A stretch of DNA of 23,956 nucleotides from the UHGV virus genome UHGV-0168080; one strand, written 5' to 3'. Positions 1 to 9,665 of this stretch are shown piece by piece. The stretch is from a virus. The position numbers were made by a program, and so were the translations under genes. Position 1 is the first letter of the stretch. Every line of letters begins with the position of its first letter. Under the pieces are notes generated by a model. It saw nothing but the letters and a program-made list of their open reading frames with translations, did not search any database and was not told the origin of the DNA.

Positions 1-1
1 C

Positions 2-637
2 CAGATATTCATGAACGACGTGTTCCTGAAGCGCCTGACGGCCCCCACCATTACCAGCGGCGGCAATCCTCCGGCCTTTTCCCTGACACCGGACGGAAAG
101 CTGACTGCTAAAAATGCGGATATCAGTGGCAGTGTGAATGCGAACTCCGGGACGCTCAGTAATGTGACGATAGCTGAAAACTGTACGATAAACGGTACGC
201 TGAGGGCGGAAAAAATCGTCGGGGACATTGTAAAGGCGGCGAGCGCGGCTTTTCCGCGCCAGCGTGAAAGCAGTGTGGACTGGCCGTCAGGTACCCGTAC
301 TGTCACCGTGACCGATGACCATCCTTTTGATCGCCAGATAGTGGTGCTTCCGCTGACGTTTCGCGGAAGTAAGCGTACTGTCAGCGGCAGGACAACGTAT
401 TCGATGTGTTATCTGAAAGTACTGATGAACGGTGCGGTGATTTATGATGGCGCGGCGAACGAGGCGGTACAGGTGTTCTCCCGTATTGTTGACATGCCAG
501 CGGGTCGGGGAAACGTGATCCTGACGTTCACGCTTACGTCCACACGGCATTCGGCAGATATTCCGCCGGATACGTTTGCCAGCGATGTGCAGGTTATGGT
601 GATTAAGAAACAGGCGCTGGGCATCAGCGTGGTCTGA
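2..637 (+). CDS. J: Tail tip host-specificity protein J, C-terminal receptor-binding fragment (5' end lies outside the window)
   Basis: Open frame runs from the window edge; the translation (ending ...[17 protein letters not shown]) matches my recollection of the lambda J C-terminus, and lom follows directly as in lambda. Confidence 0.8.
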   Translation, partial: QIFMNDVFLKRLTAPTITSGGNPPAFSLTPDGKLTAKNADISGSVNANSGTLSNVTIAENCTINGTLRAEKIVGDIVKAASAAFPRQRESSVDWPSGTRTVTVTDDHPFDRQIVVLPLTFRGSKRTVSGRTTYSMCYLKVLMNGAVIYDGAANEAVQVFSRIVDMPAGRGNVILTFTLTSTRHSADIPPDTFASDVQVMVIKKQALGISVV

Positions 638-698
638 GTGTGTTACAGAGGTTCGTCCGGGAACGGGCGTTTTATTATAAAACAGTGAGAGGTGAACG

Positions 699-1319
699 AT
701 GCGTAATGTGTGTATTGCCGTTGCTGTCTTTGCCGCACTTGCGGTGACAGTCACTCCGGCCCGTGCGGAAGGTGGACATGGTACGTTTACGGTGGGCTAT
801 TTTCAGGTGAAACCGGGTACATTGCCGTCGTTGTCGGGCGGGGATACCGGTGTGAGTCATCTGAAAGGGATTAACGTGAAGTACCGTTATGAGCTGACGG
901 ACAGTGTGGGGGTGATGGCTTCCCTGGGGTTCGCCGCGTCGAAAAAGAGCAGCACAGTGATGACCGGGGAGGATACGTTTCACTATGAGAGCCTGCGTGG
1001 ACGTTATGTGAGCGTGATGGCCGGACCGGTTTTACAAATCAGTAAGCAGGTCAGTGCGTACGCCATGGCCGGAGTGGCTCACAGTCGGTGGTCCGGCAGT
1101 ACAAGGGATTACCGTAAGACGGAAATCACTCCCGGGTATATGAAAGAGACGACCACCGCCAGGGACGAAAGTGCAATGCGGCATACCTCAGTGGCGTGGA
1201 GTGCAGGTATACAGATTAATCCGGCAGCGTCCGTCGTTGTTGATATTGCTTATGAAGGCTCCGGCAGTGGCGACTGGCGTACTGACGGATTCATCGTTGG
1301 GGTCGGTTATAAATTCTGA
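699..1319 (+). CDS. lom: Outer-membrane beta-barrel protein Lom (Ail/Lom family)
   Basis: 206 aa with an N-terminal signal peptide (MRNVCIAVAVFAALAVTVTPARA) and a C-terminal ...GVGYKF beta-barrel end; sits in the lambda position between J and stf. Confidence 0.9.
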   Translation: MRNVCIAVAVFAALAVTVTPARAEGGHGTFTVGYFQVKPGTLPSLSGGDTGVSHLKGINVKYRYELTDSVGVMASLGFAASKKSSTVMTGEDTFHYESLRGRYVSVMAGPVLQISKQVSAYAMAGVAHSRWSGSTRDYRKTEITPGYMKETTTARDESAMRHTSVAWSAGIQINPAASVVVDIAYEGSGSGDWRTDGFIVGVGYKF

Positions 1320-1383
1320 TTAGCCAGGTAACACAGTGTTATGACAGCCCGCCGGAACCGGTGGGCTTTTTTGTGGGGTGAAT

Positions 1384-4215
1384 ATGGCAGTAAAAATTTC
1401 AGGAGTCCTGAAAGACGGCACAGGAAAACCGGTACAGAACTGCACCATTCAGCTGAAAGCCAGACGTAACAGCACCACGGTGGTGGTGAACACGGTGGGC
1501 TCAGAGAATCCGGATGAAGCCGGGCGTTACAGCATGGATGTGGAGTACGGTCAGTACAGTGTCATCCTGCAGGTTGACGGTTTTCCACCATCGCACGCCG
1601 GGACCATCACCGTGTATGAAGATTCACAACCGGGGACGCTGAATGATTTTCTCTGTGCCATGACGGAGGATGATGCCCGGCCGGAGGTGCTGCGTCGTCT
1701 TGAACTGATGGTGGAAGAGGTGGCGCGTAACGCGTCCGTGGTGGCACAGAGTACGGCAGACGCGAAGAAATCAGCCGGCGATGCCAGTGCATCAGCTGCT
1801 CAGGTCGCGGCCCTTGTGACTGATGCAACTGACTCAGCACGCGCCGCCAGCACGTCCGCCGGACAGGCTGCATCGTCAGCTCAGGAAGCGTCCTCCGGCG
1901 CAGAAGCGGCATCAGCAAAGGCCACTGAAGCGGAAAAAAGTGCCGCAGCCGCAGAGTCCTCAAAAAACGCGGCGGCCACCAGTGCCGGTGCGGCGAAAAC
2001 GTCAGAAACGAATGCTGCAGCGTCACAACAATCAGCAGCCACTTCTGCATCCACCGCGACCACGAAAGCGTCAGAAGCTGCCACCTCAGCCCGGGATGCG
2101 TCGGCTTCAAAAGAGGCGGCAAAATCATCAGAAACGAGCGCAGCCTCGAGCGCCAGTAGTGCAGCTTCCTCGGCTACGGCGGCAGGCAATTCCGCGAAGG
2201 CGGCAAAAACGTCCGAGACGAACGCCAAGGCTTCTGAAACAGCAGCGGAACAGAGTGCCTCCGCAGCAGCAGGCTCAAAAACAGCGGCTGCGTCGTCCGC
2301 CAGTGCCGCGTCAACAAGTGCCGGGCAGGCCTCAGCCAGTGCTAGCGCCGCCGGAAAATCGGCAGAAAGCGCCGCATCGTCCGCTTCAACAGCCACAACG
2401 AAGGCTGGCGAAGCCACTGAACAGGCCAGTGCAGCAGCGAGGTCTGCTTCCGCAGCGAAGACATCCGAGACGAACGCGAAAGCGTCGGAAACCAGCGCAG
2501 AATCCTCAAAAACGGCTGCCGCATCGTCCGCCAGTTCGGCGGCGTCATCGGCCTCATCGGCGTCTGCTTCAAAAGATGAGGCGACCAGACAGGCGTCCGC
2601 AGCGAAGGGCAGCGCCACGACAGCATCCACGAAGGCGACAGAGGCAGCTGGTAGTGCGACGGCAGCAGCTCAGAGCAAAAGTACGGCGGAATCCGCGGCA
2701 ACGCGCGCTGAGACAGCGGCAAAACGGGCAGAGGATATTGCATCCGCCGTGGCGCTTGAGGATGCGAGCACGACGAAAAAGGGGATAGTACAGCTCAGCA
2801 GTGCGACCAACAGCACTTCCGAGTCACAGGCGGCAACGCCAAAAGCCGTTAAGGCCGCGTATGACCTGGCTAACGGGAAATACACCGCACAGGATGCAAC
2901 GACAGCACAGAAAGGGATAATCCAGCTAAGCAGCGCGACCAACAGCACATCTGAAACGCTTGCCGCGACACCGAAAGCAGTGAAAGCAGCTAATGACAAT
3001 GCGAATGGTCGGGTACCTTCTGCCCGTAAGGTGAATGGTAAGGCGCTTTCAGCGGATATAACACTGACACCGAAAGATATTGGTACGCTTAACTCAACAA
3101 CAATGTCATTCAGCGGTGGTGCTGGTTGGTTCAAATTAGCAACGGTAACCATGCCACAGGCGAGTTCTGTTGTTTCAATTACGTTGATTGGTGGCGCTGG
3201 ATATAACGTCGGTTCACCTCAACAGGCAGGTATATCTGAACTTGTTTTGCGTGCAGGTAATGGTAATCCGAAGGGGATTACTGGTGCTTTATGGCAGCGC
3301 ACATCGACAGGGTTTACAAATTTTGCCTGGGTCAATACATCTGGTGATACTTACGATATTTACGTTGCAATCGGAAATTATGCGACTGGTGTAAATATTC
3401 AATGGGATTATACCAGTAATGCCAGCGTGACGATTCATACGTCACCAGCATATTCTGCTAATAAGCCGGAAGGGTTAACGGACGGTACAGTTTATTCACT
3501 CTATACGCCATCAGAGCAGTTTTATCCGCCTGGCGCACCAATCCCGTGGCCATCAGATACCGTTCCGTCTGGCTATGCCCTGATGCAGGGGCAGACTTTT
3601 GACAAATCTGCATACCCGAAACTTGCAGCCGCTTATCCGTCAGGCGTGATCCCTGATATGCGTGGCTGGACGATTAAGGGCAAACCTGCCAGTGGTCGGG
3701 CCGTATTGTCTCAGGAACAGGACGGCATTAAATCGCACACCCACAGCGCCAGCGCATCCAGTACGGATTTGGGGACGAAAAACACATCGTCGTTTGATTA
3801 CGGAACCAAATCCACGAATAACACCGGGGCGCATACCCATAGTATTAGCGGGACTGCAAATAGTGCCGGTGCGCACCAACACAAGAGTTCCGGTGCATTT
3901 GGTGGCACGAACACGAGCATTTTCCCTAATGGTTATACCGCGATTTCAAATCTAAGCGCGGGGATTATGAGCACAACAAGCGGTAGTGGCCAGACTCGTA
4001 ATGCAGGGAAGACATCATCAGATGGTGCTCATACCCACTCGCTGTCCGGCACTGCTGCAAGCGCAGGCGCACATGCACATACTGTCGGTATTGGTGCTCA
4101 TACGCACTCCGTTGCGATTGGTTCACATGGACACACCATCACCGTTAACGCTGCTGGTAACGCGGAAAACACCGTCAAAAACATCGCATTTAACTATATT
4201 GTGAGGCTTGCATAA
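1384..4215 (+). CDS. stf: Side tail fibre protein Stf, with an extended Ala/Ser-rich repeat shaft and His-rich C-terminal tip
   Basis: N-terminus [26 protein letters not shown]... is lambda Stf-like; the ATG at 1384 is preferred over the upstream in-frame GTG at 1378. Contains a duplicated KGI(V/I)[20 protein letters not shown] motif and C-terminal GAHTHS/GAHAHT/GSHGHT repeats. Confidence 0.85.
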   Translation: MAVKISGVLKDGTGKPVQNCTIQLKARRNSTTVVVNTVGSENPDEAGRYSMDVEYGQYSVILQVDGFPPSHAGTITVYEDSQPGTLNDFLCAMTEDDARPEVLRRLELMVEEVARNASVVAQSTADAKKSAGDASASAAQVAALVTDATDSARAASTSAGQAASSAQEASSGAEAASAKATEAEKSAAAAESSKNAAATSAGAAKTSETNAAASQQSAATSASTATTKASEAATSARDASASKEAAKSSETSAASSASSAASSATAAGNSAKAAKTSETNAKASETAAEQSASAAAGSKTAAASSASAASTSAGQASASASAAGKSAESAASSASTATTKAGEATEQASAAARSASAAKTSETNAKASETSAESSKTAAASSASSAASSASSASASKDEATRQASAAKGSATTASTKATEAAGSATAAAQSKSTAESAATRAETAAKRAEDIASAVALEDASTTKKGIVQLSSATNSTSESQAATPKAVKAAYDLANGKYTAQDATTAQKGIIQLSSATNSTSETLAATPKAVKAANDNANGRVPSARKVNGKALSADITLTPKDIGTLNSTTMSFSGGAGWFKLATVTMPQASSVVSITLIGGAGYNVGSPQQAGISELVLRAGNGNPKGITGALWQRTSTGFTNFAWVNTSGDTYDIYVAIGNYATGVNIQWDYTSNASVTIHTSPAYSANKPEGLTDGTVYSLYTPSEQFYPPGAPIPWPSDTVPSGYALMQGQTFDKSAYPKLAAAYPSGVIPDMRGWTIKGKPASGRAVLSQEQDGIKSHTHSASASSTDLGTKNTSSFDYGTKSTNNTGAHTHSISGTANSAGAHQHKSSGAFGGTNTSIFPNGYTAISNLSAGIMSTTSGSGQTRNAGKTSSDGAHTHSLSGTAASAGAHAHTVGIGAHTHSVAIGSHGHTITVNAAGNAENTVKNIAFNYIVRLA

Positions 4216-4790
4216 TGGCATTCAGAATGAGTGAACAACCACGGACCATAAAAATTTATAATCTGCTGGCCGGAACTAATGAATTTATTGGTGAAGGTGA
4301 CGCATACATTCCGCCTCATACAGGTCTGCCAGCAAACAGTACCGATATTGCACCGCCAGATATTCCGGCTGGCTTCGTGGCTGTTTTCAACAGTGATGAT
4401 GCATCGTGGCATCTTGTTGAAGACCATCGGGGTAAAACAGTTTATGACGTGGCATCAGGGGACGCGTTATTTATTTCTGAACTCGGTCCGTTACCGGAAA
4501 ATGTTACCTGGTTATCGCCGGAAGGGGAATATCAGAAGTGGAACGGCACAGCCTGGGTGAAAGATGCAGAAGCAGAAAAACTATTCCGGATCCGGGAGGC
4601 GGAAGAAACAAAAAACAGCCTGATGCAGGTAGCCAGTGAGCATATTGCGCCGCTTCAGGATGCGGTAGATCTTGAGATCGCAACGGAGGAAGAGAAATCG
4701 TTACTGGCCGCATGGAAGACATATCGGGTGTTGTTGAATCGTGTTGATACATCACTATCTCCAGATATCGAGTGGCCAAGTCAACCATAA
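4215..4790 (+). CDS. tfa: Tail fibre assembly protein Tfa
   Basis: 191 aa, lambda Tfa-like ([48 protein letters not shown]...); the start overlaps the stf stop (TAATG). Confidence 0.9.
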   Translation: MAFRMSEQPRTIKIYNLLAGTNEFIGEGDAYIPPHTGLPANSTDIAPPDIPAGFVAVFNSDDASWHLVEDHRGKTVYDVASGDALFISELGPLPENVTWLSPEGEYQKWNGTAWVKDAEAEKLFRIREAEETKNSLMQVASEHIAPLQDAVDLEIATEEEKSLLAAWKTYRVLLNRVDTSLSPDIEWPSQP

Positions 4791-4797
4791 ATCAATA

Positions 4798-4816
4798 TCC
4801 CCTGCAATGCAGGGGA
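4798..4816. terminator. Hairpin between convergent tfa and sopB, candidate bidirectional terminator
   Basis: TCCCCTGCA-A-TGCAGGGGA inverted repeat flanked by A/T-rich sequence on both sides. Confidence 0.5.
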
Positions 4817-4822
4817 TAATTC

Positions 4823-5788
4823 TTAATTATCAGTAGATTGTTCCTCTAGTAACAACTCAATTTTGCTTAGTATTTCTTTAGATATTTTGCGGCTATCAAT
4901 TTTTATAGTTACAAAATTCCCTTTATATCTAGCCGTGATCCCTTCCCCATATTTTTTCTCGTCTTTTGTTTTTTCCTCGTCGCCAACCAGAACAGAGTCA
5001 GATAATATTTGTATAATCCGTGAAGCTTCTAAATCCTCGCCGTTTTTTTTTATTGTCAGAAGATGATGAGCAGCATTGCTCATGGCAGCCATGTTTTTTT
5101 TGTAAATCTTAAACAAAGAATCTCCAGCACGAGCTGACAGTTCTCCTGGATGATTGAAGATAGCTAATATATCTTTTGGTAGACCAGCTGTATTAATACA
5201 GCGAGTGATAATATTTCTATCTATATTTTCAGCCTCGGCCAATGCTTTAACGTTACCATCAAAGTCATTTAGCTTGCGTAAGTATCTCTTTCCTCTTTCG
5301 TATGCACTAATAGGCCTATAATCGTTACCAATTTGGGATAACCAATGCATCTGTTCATCGTCGAGATCACCAATTAAGACGCGATAGTCACATCCTGTTA
5401 ATATCGCTGCTTTTCTTCTACGTGAGCCGTCAGCGACTTCAACGATTCCAGATACTTTTCTGGCGAAAGCTGGATTTTGTTGTCCAGACGTTAGAAAAGA
5501 TGGGATTAAATCGGCTAGAGAGGATTCATTTAATAAATCTTGATCGCGTTCATTACCTAGCCATACCATTGTTGCCATTTCAACTTTATCTGCGGGAATT
5601 GTCTCTAACTTAAAGTTAACATTACGTCCGCATACTGGCAAAGTTATGCTGTTACCGGTTAATGAACTCAGTTGACGTTTTAAATCACCAACCATAGGTG
5701 ATACGGGCTGATGTTCAGGGGCATGATGATTATTACTCATAATGCGATTAATATCTGGAGCATTTTTTAGAAGAGAGCGCTGTTTCAT
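4823..5788 (-). CDS. sopB: Plasmid partition protein SopB (ParB family centromere-binding protein)
   Basis: 321 aa with F SopB-like blocks (ITLPVCGRNVNF, LGNERDQDLL, DGSRRRKAAILT, YRPISAYERG); start overlaps the sopA stop. Confidence 0.9.
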   Translation of the reverse strand: MKQRSLLKNAPDINRIMSNNHHAPEHQPVSPMVGDLKRQLSSLTGNSITLPVCGRNVNFKLETIPADKVEMATMVWLGNERDQDLLNESSLADLIPSFLTSGQQNPAFARKVSGIVEVADGSRRRKAAILTGCDYRVLIGDLDDEQMHWLSQIGNDYRPISAYERGKRYLRKLNDFDGNVKALAEAENIDRNIITRCINTAGLPKDILAIFNHPGELSARAGDSLFKIYKKNMAAMSNAAHHLLTIKKNGEDLEASRIIQILSDSVLVGDEEKTKDEKKYGEGITARYKGNFVTIKIDSRKISKEILSKIELLLEEQSTDN

Positions 5789-6954
5789 TATTCGTTCTCC
5801 CAGCGAGGTTTTATTAGATCATCAAAAATTTCTCTGCAAACAGGGTCCCATATAGAAACAGCATTTCTCCATGCATTCAATGTTGAACGTTGGTTTGCTG
5901 CTTGTTCAAATACTGTTCTCATTTTTATCTGGCCTTTACCTACTTCATCGGTAACGCGTACAACCTGACGTAATACCATTGATCCCCATGTATTTCTTAT
6001 TTGTTCTTCCATCCATCGTGATTGATTCCCTGTAGTGAGACTATATTTAGTCAGAAGTAAGCGAACGGTTGGCTCAAATCCACCTAGGTCAACGCTTTCC
6101 AATAGATCGAGAAGCATTGTGAAAAACTGTAGAACAGAAGCGTAATCAAATAATTCTGCAGGTGTAGCAACAACAATAACGTCAGCGGCACAAACAACGT
6201 TAATGGTTCCTGTACCGAGGTTCGGAGCACTATCTATAACGATAACATCGTAGTTATCCCAAACTGATTCAATAGCTGCGCGCAGCATAAGGTGTGGAGG
6301 ATGAGGCAATTTACCCTGAGCATGATATTGCATGAGATCTGTTTCTATACGATGTAAAGCTAGGCAGCTAGGGATAATGTCTAGCCCAGGCCAACATGTT
6401 GGCTTTATAGCATATTCAGCGTTATCGCGTTCTCCTAAGTAAAATGGCAGTAAAGTATCCTCGGCATGGATATGTAAATCAGGAACATAACCGTGATACA
6501 TAGAGGCTGTACCTTGAGGATCGTTACCTTCAACCAAAAGAACACGATGACCTTGTAATGCTAACCATTGAGCTTGATGTACCGCAGACGATGTTTTATA
6601 AACGCCGCCTTTGTGTGACATAACGGCAAGAACAACAGGGTTTTTATCTTGTGGTCGTTGGTTTGGGTTGCCAAAAACTGCTCGCATACTGTTGATTTGA
6701 TCTATGGTATAACCAGCACGACGTTCAATTCTTCCTCTCATTTCAAAGTCAGGTGCAGGTAAACGCCCGCTCTTCTCAGCATCTCTAATTGCTTGAGGAG
6801 TTACACCAATTAAATCTGCTACTTCAGTAATACCCCATCGGCGGGTGATACGCCGAGCTTCAGGACTATCATCACCGAATTGAGCGATAGCAATTGCTTG
6901 GGTCATTTCTTGACCTCTCGTAACACAATCTTGCAATAGCTTTTTCAAAGACAT
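5788..6954 (-). CDS. sopA: Plasmid partition ATPase SopA (type Ia ParA)
   Basis: 388 aa, collinear with F SopA as I recall it; deviant Walker A KGGVYKTS; N-terminal HTH extension (AIAIAQFGDDSPEARRITRRW); RBS GGAG upstream. Confidence 0.95.
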   Translation of the reverse strand: MSLKKLLQDCVTRGQEMTQAIAIAQFGDDSPEARRITRRWGITEVADLIGVTPQAIRDAEKSGRLPAPDFEMRGRIERRAGYTIDQINSMRAVFGNPNQRPQDKNPVVLAVMSHKGGVYKTSSAVHQAQWLALQGHRVLLVEGNDPQGTASMYHGYVPDLHIHAEDTLLPFYLGERDNAEYAIKPTCWPGLDIIPSCLALHRIETDLMQYHAQGKLPHPPHLMLRAAIESVWDNYDVIVIDSAPNLGTGTINVVCAADVIVVATPAELFDYASVLQFFTMLLDLLESVDLGGFEPTVRLLLTKYSLTTGNQSRWMEEQIRNTWGSMVLRQVVRVTDEVGKGQIKMRTVFEQAANQRSTLNAWRNAVSIWDPVCREIFDDLIKPRWENE

Positions 6955-6975
6955 ACTGTCATCTCCAGCTTGTAA

Positions 6976-7053
6976 CTTTGCTTAATAATTAAATCTTTGC
7001 TTATTTCTAGCAAATTTGCATGAAAAAGGCAAAGCAAAAAGAAAAACGCAAAG
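6976..7053. promoter_or_regulatory. sopAB promoter/operator region with clustered CTTTGC/GCAAAG hexamers
   Basis: CTTTGC at 6976 and 6995, TTTGCA at 7015, GCAAAG at 7029 and 7048, immediately upstream of the sopA start; F SopA autoregulates through CTTTGC repeats. Confidence 0.5.
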
Positions 7054-7242
7054 GAGAATTTTTAAGCTAAATCATCTTTTGTTCCCCTCCCGAAATGCAT
7101 AAAACGAACAACAACATAATCATAAGTAATTGATATTTATTATATTTTTTGAAGAAAGGAAATCATGTAAAACTAGGGAAACATGATAAGAATCATCAAT
7201 GAGATACGTTTTCTCTATTAGTTCTCCCAACCTTACCAATAC

Positions 7243-7310
7243 AAGAACACAAATAAAGAACACAAAAACTAAGTAATGATGCAAACATAATAAAGAACAC
7301 AAATAAAGAA
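7243..7310. repeat. 18-bp direct repeat AAGAACACAAATAAAGAA (x2) plus a further AACACAAA copy on the left flank of the telomere site
   Basis: Exact 18-mer at 7243-7260 and 7293-7310; the reverse-complement motif ATTGTGTT recurs on the right flank (7481, 7503, 7562). Confidence 0.6.
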
Positions 7311-7391
7311 TTAAAGCTAAATGTTAAATAAAGCAGTACACAAAATGAGAATATTACACTAAATAAGAACACTAATCAAGAACATAACGAA

Positions 7392-7433
7392 ACATAATTC
7401 CCCATTATACGCGCGTATAATGGGGAATTATGT
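7392..7433. other. Telomere-resolution site (telRL/tos core): 42-bp perfect palindrome with a central CGCGCG
   Basis: ACATAATTCCCCATTATACGCGCGTATAATGGGGAATTATGT is its own reverse complement, with symmetry centre at 7412/7413. The central 22 bp (CCATTATACGCGCGTATAATGG) is identical to the N15 telO core as I recall it, and the site lies directly upstream of telN. Confidence 0.85.
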
Positions 7434-7603
7434 ACTGATTATCGAAACAAAGTCAAGGAACAAAATTTCACGTTCTGCTATTGTGTTTCATTTTATAGTC
7501 TGATATTGTGTTCTACTATTTTGTGAGTAAGTTAACTAGGTATTGGTTATTTTATTCTTAAATTGTGTTACGATAATCTGAGCGGATAATCAGGAGAAGA
7601 AAG

Positions 7604-9493
7604 ATGAGCAAAGTAAAAATCGGTGAATTAATAAACTCACTTGTTAGCGATGTTGAGTCAATAGATAACTCTGACCGTCCTCAAGGAGAGAAAACAAAAA
7701 AAATAAAGGCCGTTGCATTAAAATTTAAAAATACATTATTTAATGATAAGCGAAAGTTTAGGGGAAAAGGATTAGAAAAGAGAATTACAGCCAACACATT
7801 CAATTCCTATATGAGCAGGGCCAGAAAACGGTTTGATGATAAACTTCATCATAGTTTTGAAAAAAATATACATCGACTATCTGAAAAATATCCTTTATAT
7901 AATGAGGAGCTATTGTCATGGCTCTCTCTACCTGCTGCCGATATTCGCCGGAGAATGTCAGCTTTACAGGCAAAATTAAAATTAATTATTCCTCTGTCCG
8001 AAGATTTATCTAATATCAGAATTGGTGATAATAAAAATAATAATAAGTTAATAAAGTTATCAAATAAATATAAAGAATGGCAATTTGCCATTTCTGATTT
8101 AACTAGCGATAACTGGAAAGATAAACGCGATTATTTATATAAATTACTACAGCAAGGGTCAGCCTTGCTTGAGGAGTTGAATCAGTTAAAGGTTAACCAT
8201 GAGATTCTCTATCATCTCAAACTAAGCCCTGCCGAACGCGCATCTATCCAGCAACGATGGGCGGACGTACTACACAATAAGAAACGTAACGTAGTAGTCA
8301 TTGACTACCCTAAATATATGCAAGCTATTTACGATATTATAAATAGCCCTGCTACATTAAATAATCTAAACACTCGTTCAGGCATGGCTCCTTTGGCATT
8401 TGCTCTTGCTGCATTATCAGGAAGACGAATGATTGAGATTATGTATCAAGGTACATTTACTGTCTCTGGTAAGTATACCGTTGATTTTTTAGGTCAGGCT
8501 AAAAAAAGAACTACTGATGATGTAACCAGAAAAATATATACATTATGCGAAGCAAAAACGTTTGTTTATTTAATAAATGTACTTCGCTCATGCCCAGCAG
8601 CATCTGATTTTGATGAAGTCGTTATGGGTTACGGAAATAACGACACGCGGTCTGAAAACGGACGTATTAATGCCATATTGGCAAAGGCTTTTAATCCATG
8701 GGTTAAATCATTTTTCAATGATAATCGCCGTGTTTATAAAGATAGTCGTGCTATTTATGCCCGTATTGCGTATGAAATGTTTTTCCGCGTAGATCCCCGT
8801 TGGAAAAATGTAGATGAAGATGTTTTCTTTATGGAAATTTTAGGCCATGACGATGAAAACACTCAATTACACTATAAACAATTCAAGCTGGCCAACTTCT
8901 CAAAGACATGGAGGCCAAATACTGGAAACGAAAATACCAGGCTGGAAGCATTGCAGCTGCTTGATGACGAAATGCCTGGATTCGCCAGAGGAGATGCCGG
9001 GGTTCGTCTGCATAACACAGTTAAGCAGCTGGTAGAGCAGGACCCCTCTATAAAAATCACGAACAGCACTCTAAGAGCATTCAAATTTAGCCCAACAATG
9101 ATTAGTCGATACCTGGAATTTGCTGCTGATGCTCTGGGGCAATTTGTTGGCGAAAATGGACAATGGCAGCTGAAAATAGATACTCCAGAAATCGTTATGC
9201 CTGACGAAGAAGAGCTGGAAGCAATACCTGAACAGATGGATGAATTATCAGAGGATGACGATCTGGATGACGACGAAATTGAGATAGAGGAAGAGGAAGA
9301 GAGCGTAGAAGAACAGCAACCGCCAGCGCCTTCTTCACCTGTATCTAAGCCGGTATTTAAGCCTGTGAGAAATATTGGTGATGGCTCATACGTTGTTGAG
9401 TTTCATTATAATGGCCAGAATTATGCGTGGTCAGGCAGTGCAAACAGCCCCATGTCAGCAATGCAGTTAGCATGGCTGACATATTTCGGCTAA
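7604..9493 (+). CDS. telN: Protelomerase TelN (hairpin telomere resolvase)
   Basis: 629 aa; near-collinear with N15 TelN from the N-terminus (MSKVKIGELIN...DRPQG.KTK.IKA...NDKRKFRGKGL.KRITANTFN.YMSRARKRFDDKLHHSF) to the C-terminus; acidic C-terminal tail; RBS AGGAGAAG. Confidence 0.95.
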   Translation: MSKVKIGELINSLVSDVESIDNSDRPQGEKTKKIKAVALKFKNTLFNDKRKFRGKGLEKRITANTFNSYMSRARKRFDDKLHHSFEKNIHRLSEKYPLYNEELLSWLSLPAADIRRRMSALQAKLKLIIPLSEDLSNIRIGDNKNNNKLIKLSNKYKEWQFAISDLTSDNWKDKRDYLYKLLQQGSALLEELNQLKVNHEILYHLKLSPAERASIQQRWADVLHNKKRNVVVIDYPKYMQAIYDIINSPATLNNLNTRSGMAPLAFALAALSGRRMIEIMYQGTFTVSGKYTVDFLGQAKKRTTDDVTRKIYTLCEAKTFVYLINVLRSCPAASDFDEVVMGYGNNDTRSENGRINAILAKAFNPWVKSFFNDNRRVYKDSRAIYARIAYEMFFRVDPRWKNVDEDVFFMEILGHDDENTQLHYKQFKLANFSKTWRPNTGNENTRLEALQLLDDEMPGFARGDAGVRLHNTVKQLVEQDPSIKITNSTLRAFKFSPTMISRYLEFAADALGQFVGENGQWQLKIDTPEIVMPDEEELEAIPEQMDELSEDDDLDDDEIEIEEEEESVEEQQPPAPSSPVSKPVFKPVRNIGDGSYVVEFHYNGQNYAWSGSANSPMSAMQLAWLTYFG

Positions 9494-9504
9494 AACATAC
9501 GTTA

Positions 9505-9529
9505 AAGGCACCGAATTAATCGGTGCCTT
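9505..9529 (+). terminator. Hairpin after telN (10-bp stem AAGGCACCGA/TCGGTGCCTT, loop ATTAA)
   Basis: Perfect 10-bp stem 12 nt after the telN stop; the downstream T-run is weak (GTTATGTGG). Confidence 0.55.
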
Positions 9530-9665
9530 GTTATGTGGCCCACCTCGCCTACCCCCTGCAAAGGGCAGAAGTAACGGAGGAAACGCGGCTGCAACCACAG
9601 ACATCACCGCCCCGACTGCGAGGCTTCCCTTCTCTGAGAAGGGCATAAATTCGGGCTGGCCAACC

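Noticed and set aside
1607-3152. Several long overlapping ORFs on both strands inside stf (1607-2128 -, 1823-2788 +, 1881-2630 -, 2342-2743 -, 2670-3152 -)
   Set aside because: They lie entirely within the GC-rich Ala/Ser-repeat region of stf, which is open in several frames by composition; they lack RBSs and give low-complexity translations (poly-Ala or Arg/Pro-rich).
7120-7302. 60-aa minus-strand ORF in the AT-rich region left of the telomere site
   Set aside because: It overlaps the direct-repeat array and promoter region, translates to a hydrophobic low-complexity peptide and has no RBS; the region is better explained as regulatory.
7243-7310. CRISPR-like array, because of short direct repeats with spacers
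   Set aside because: Only two or three copies, AT-rich and non-palindromic, with no cas genes; the context is the tos region flanking the telomere palindrome.
9626-9642. Hairpin CCCTTCTC-T-GAGAAGGG as terminator of the antirepressor operon
   Set aside because: The stem is perfect but has an effectively 1-nt loop and no U-tract on either strand; it may be a structural or binding element, but a terminator call is not supported.
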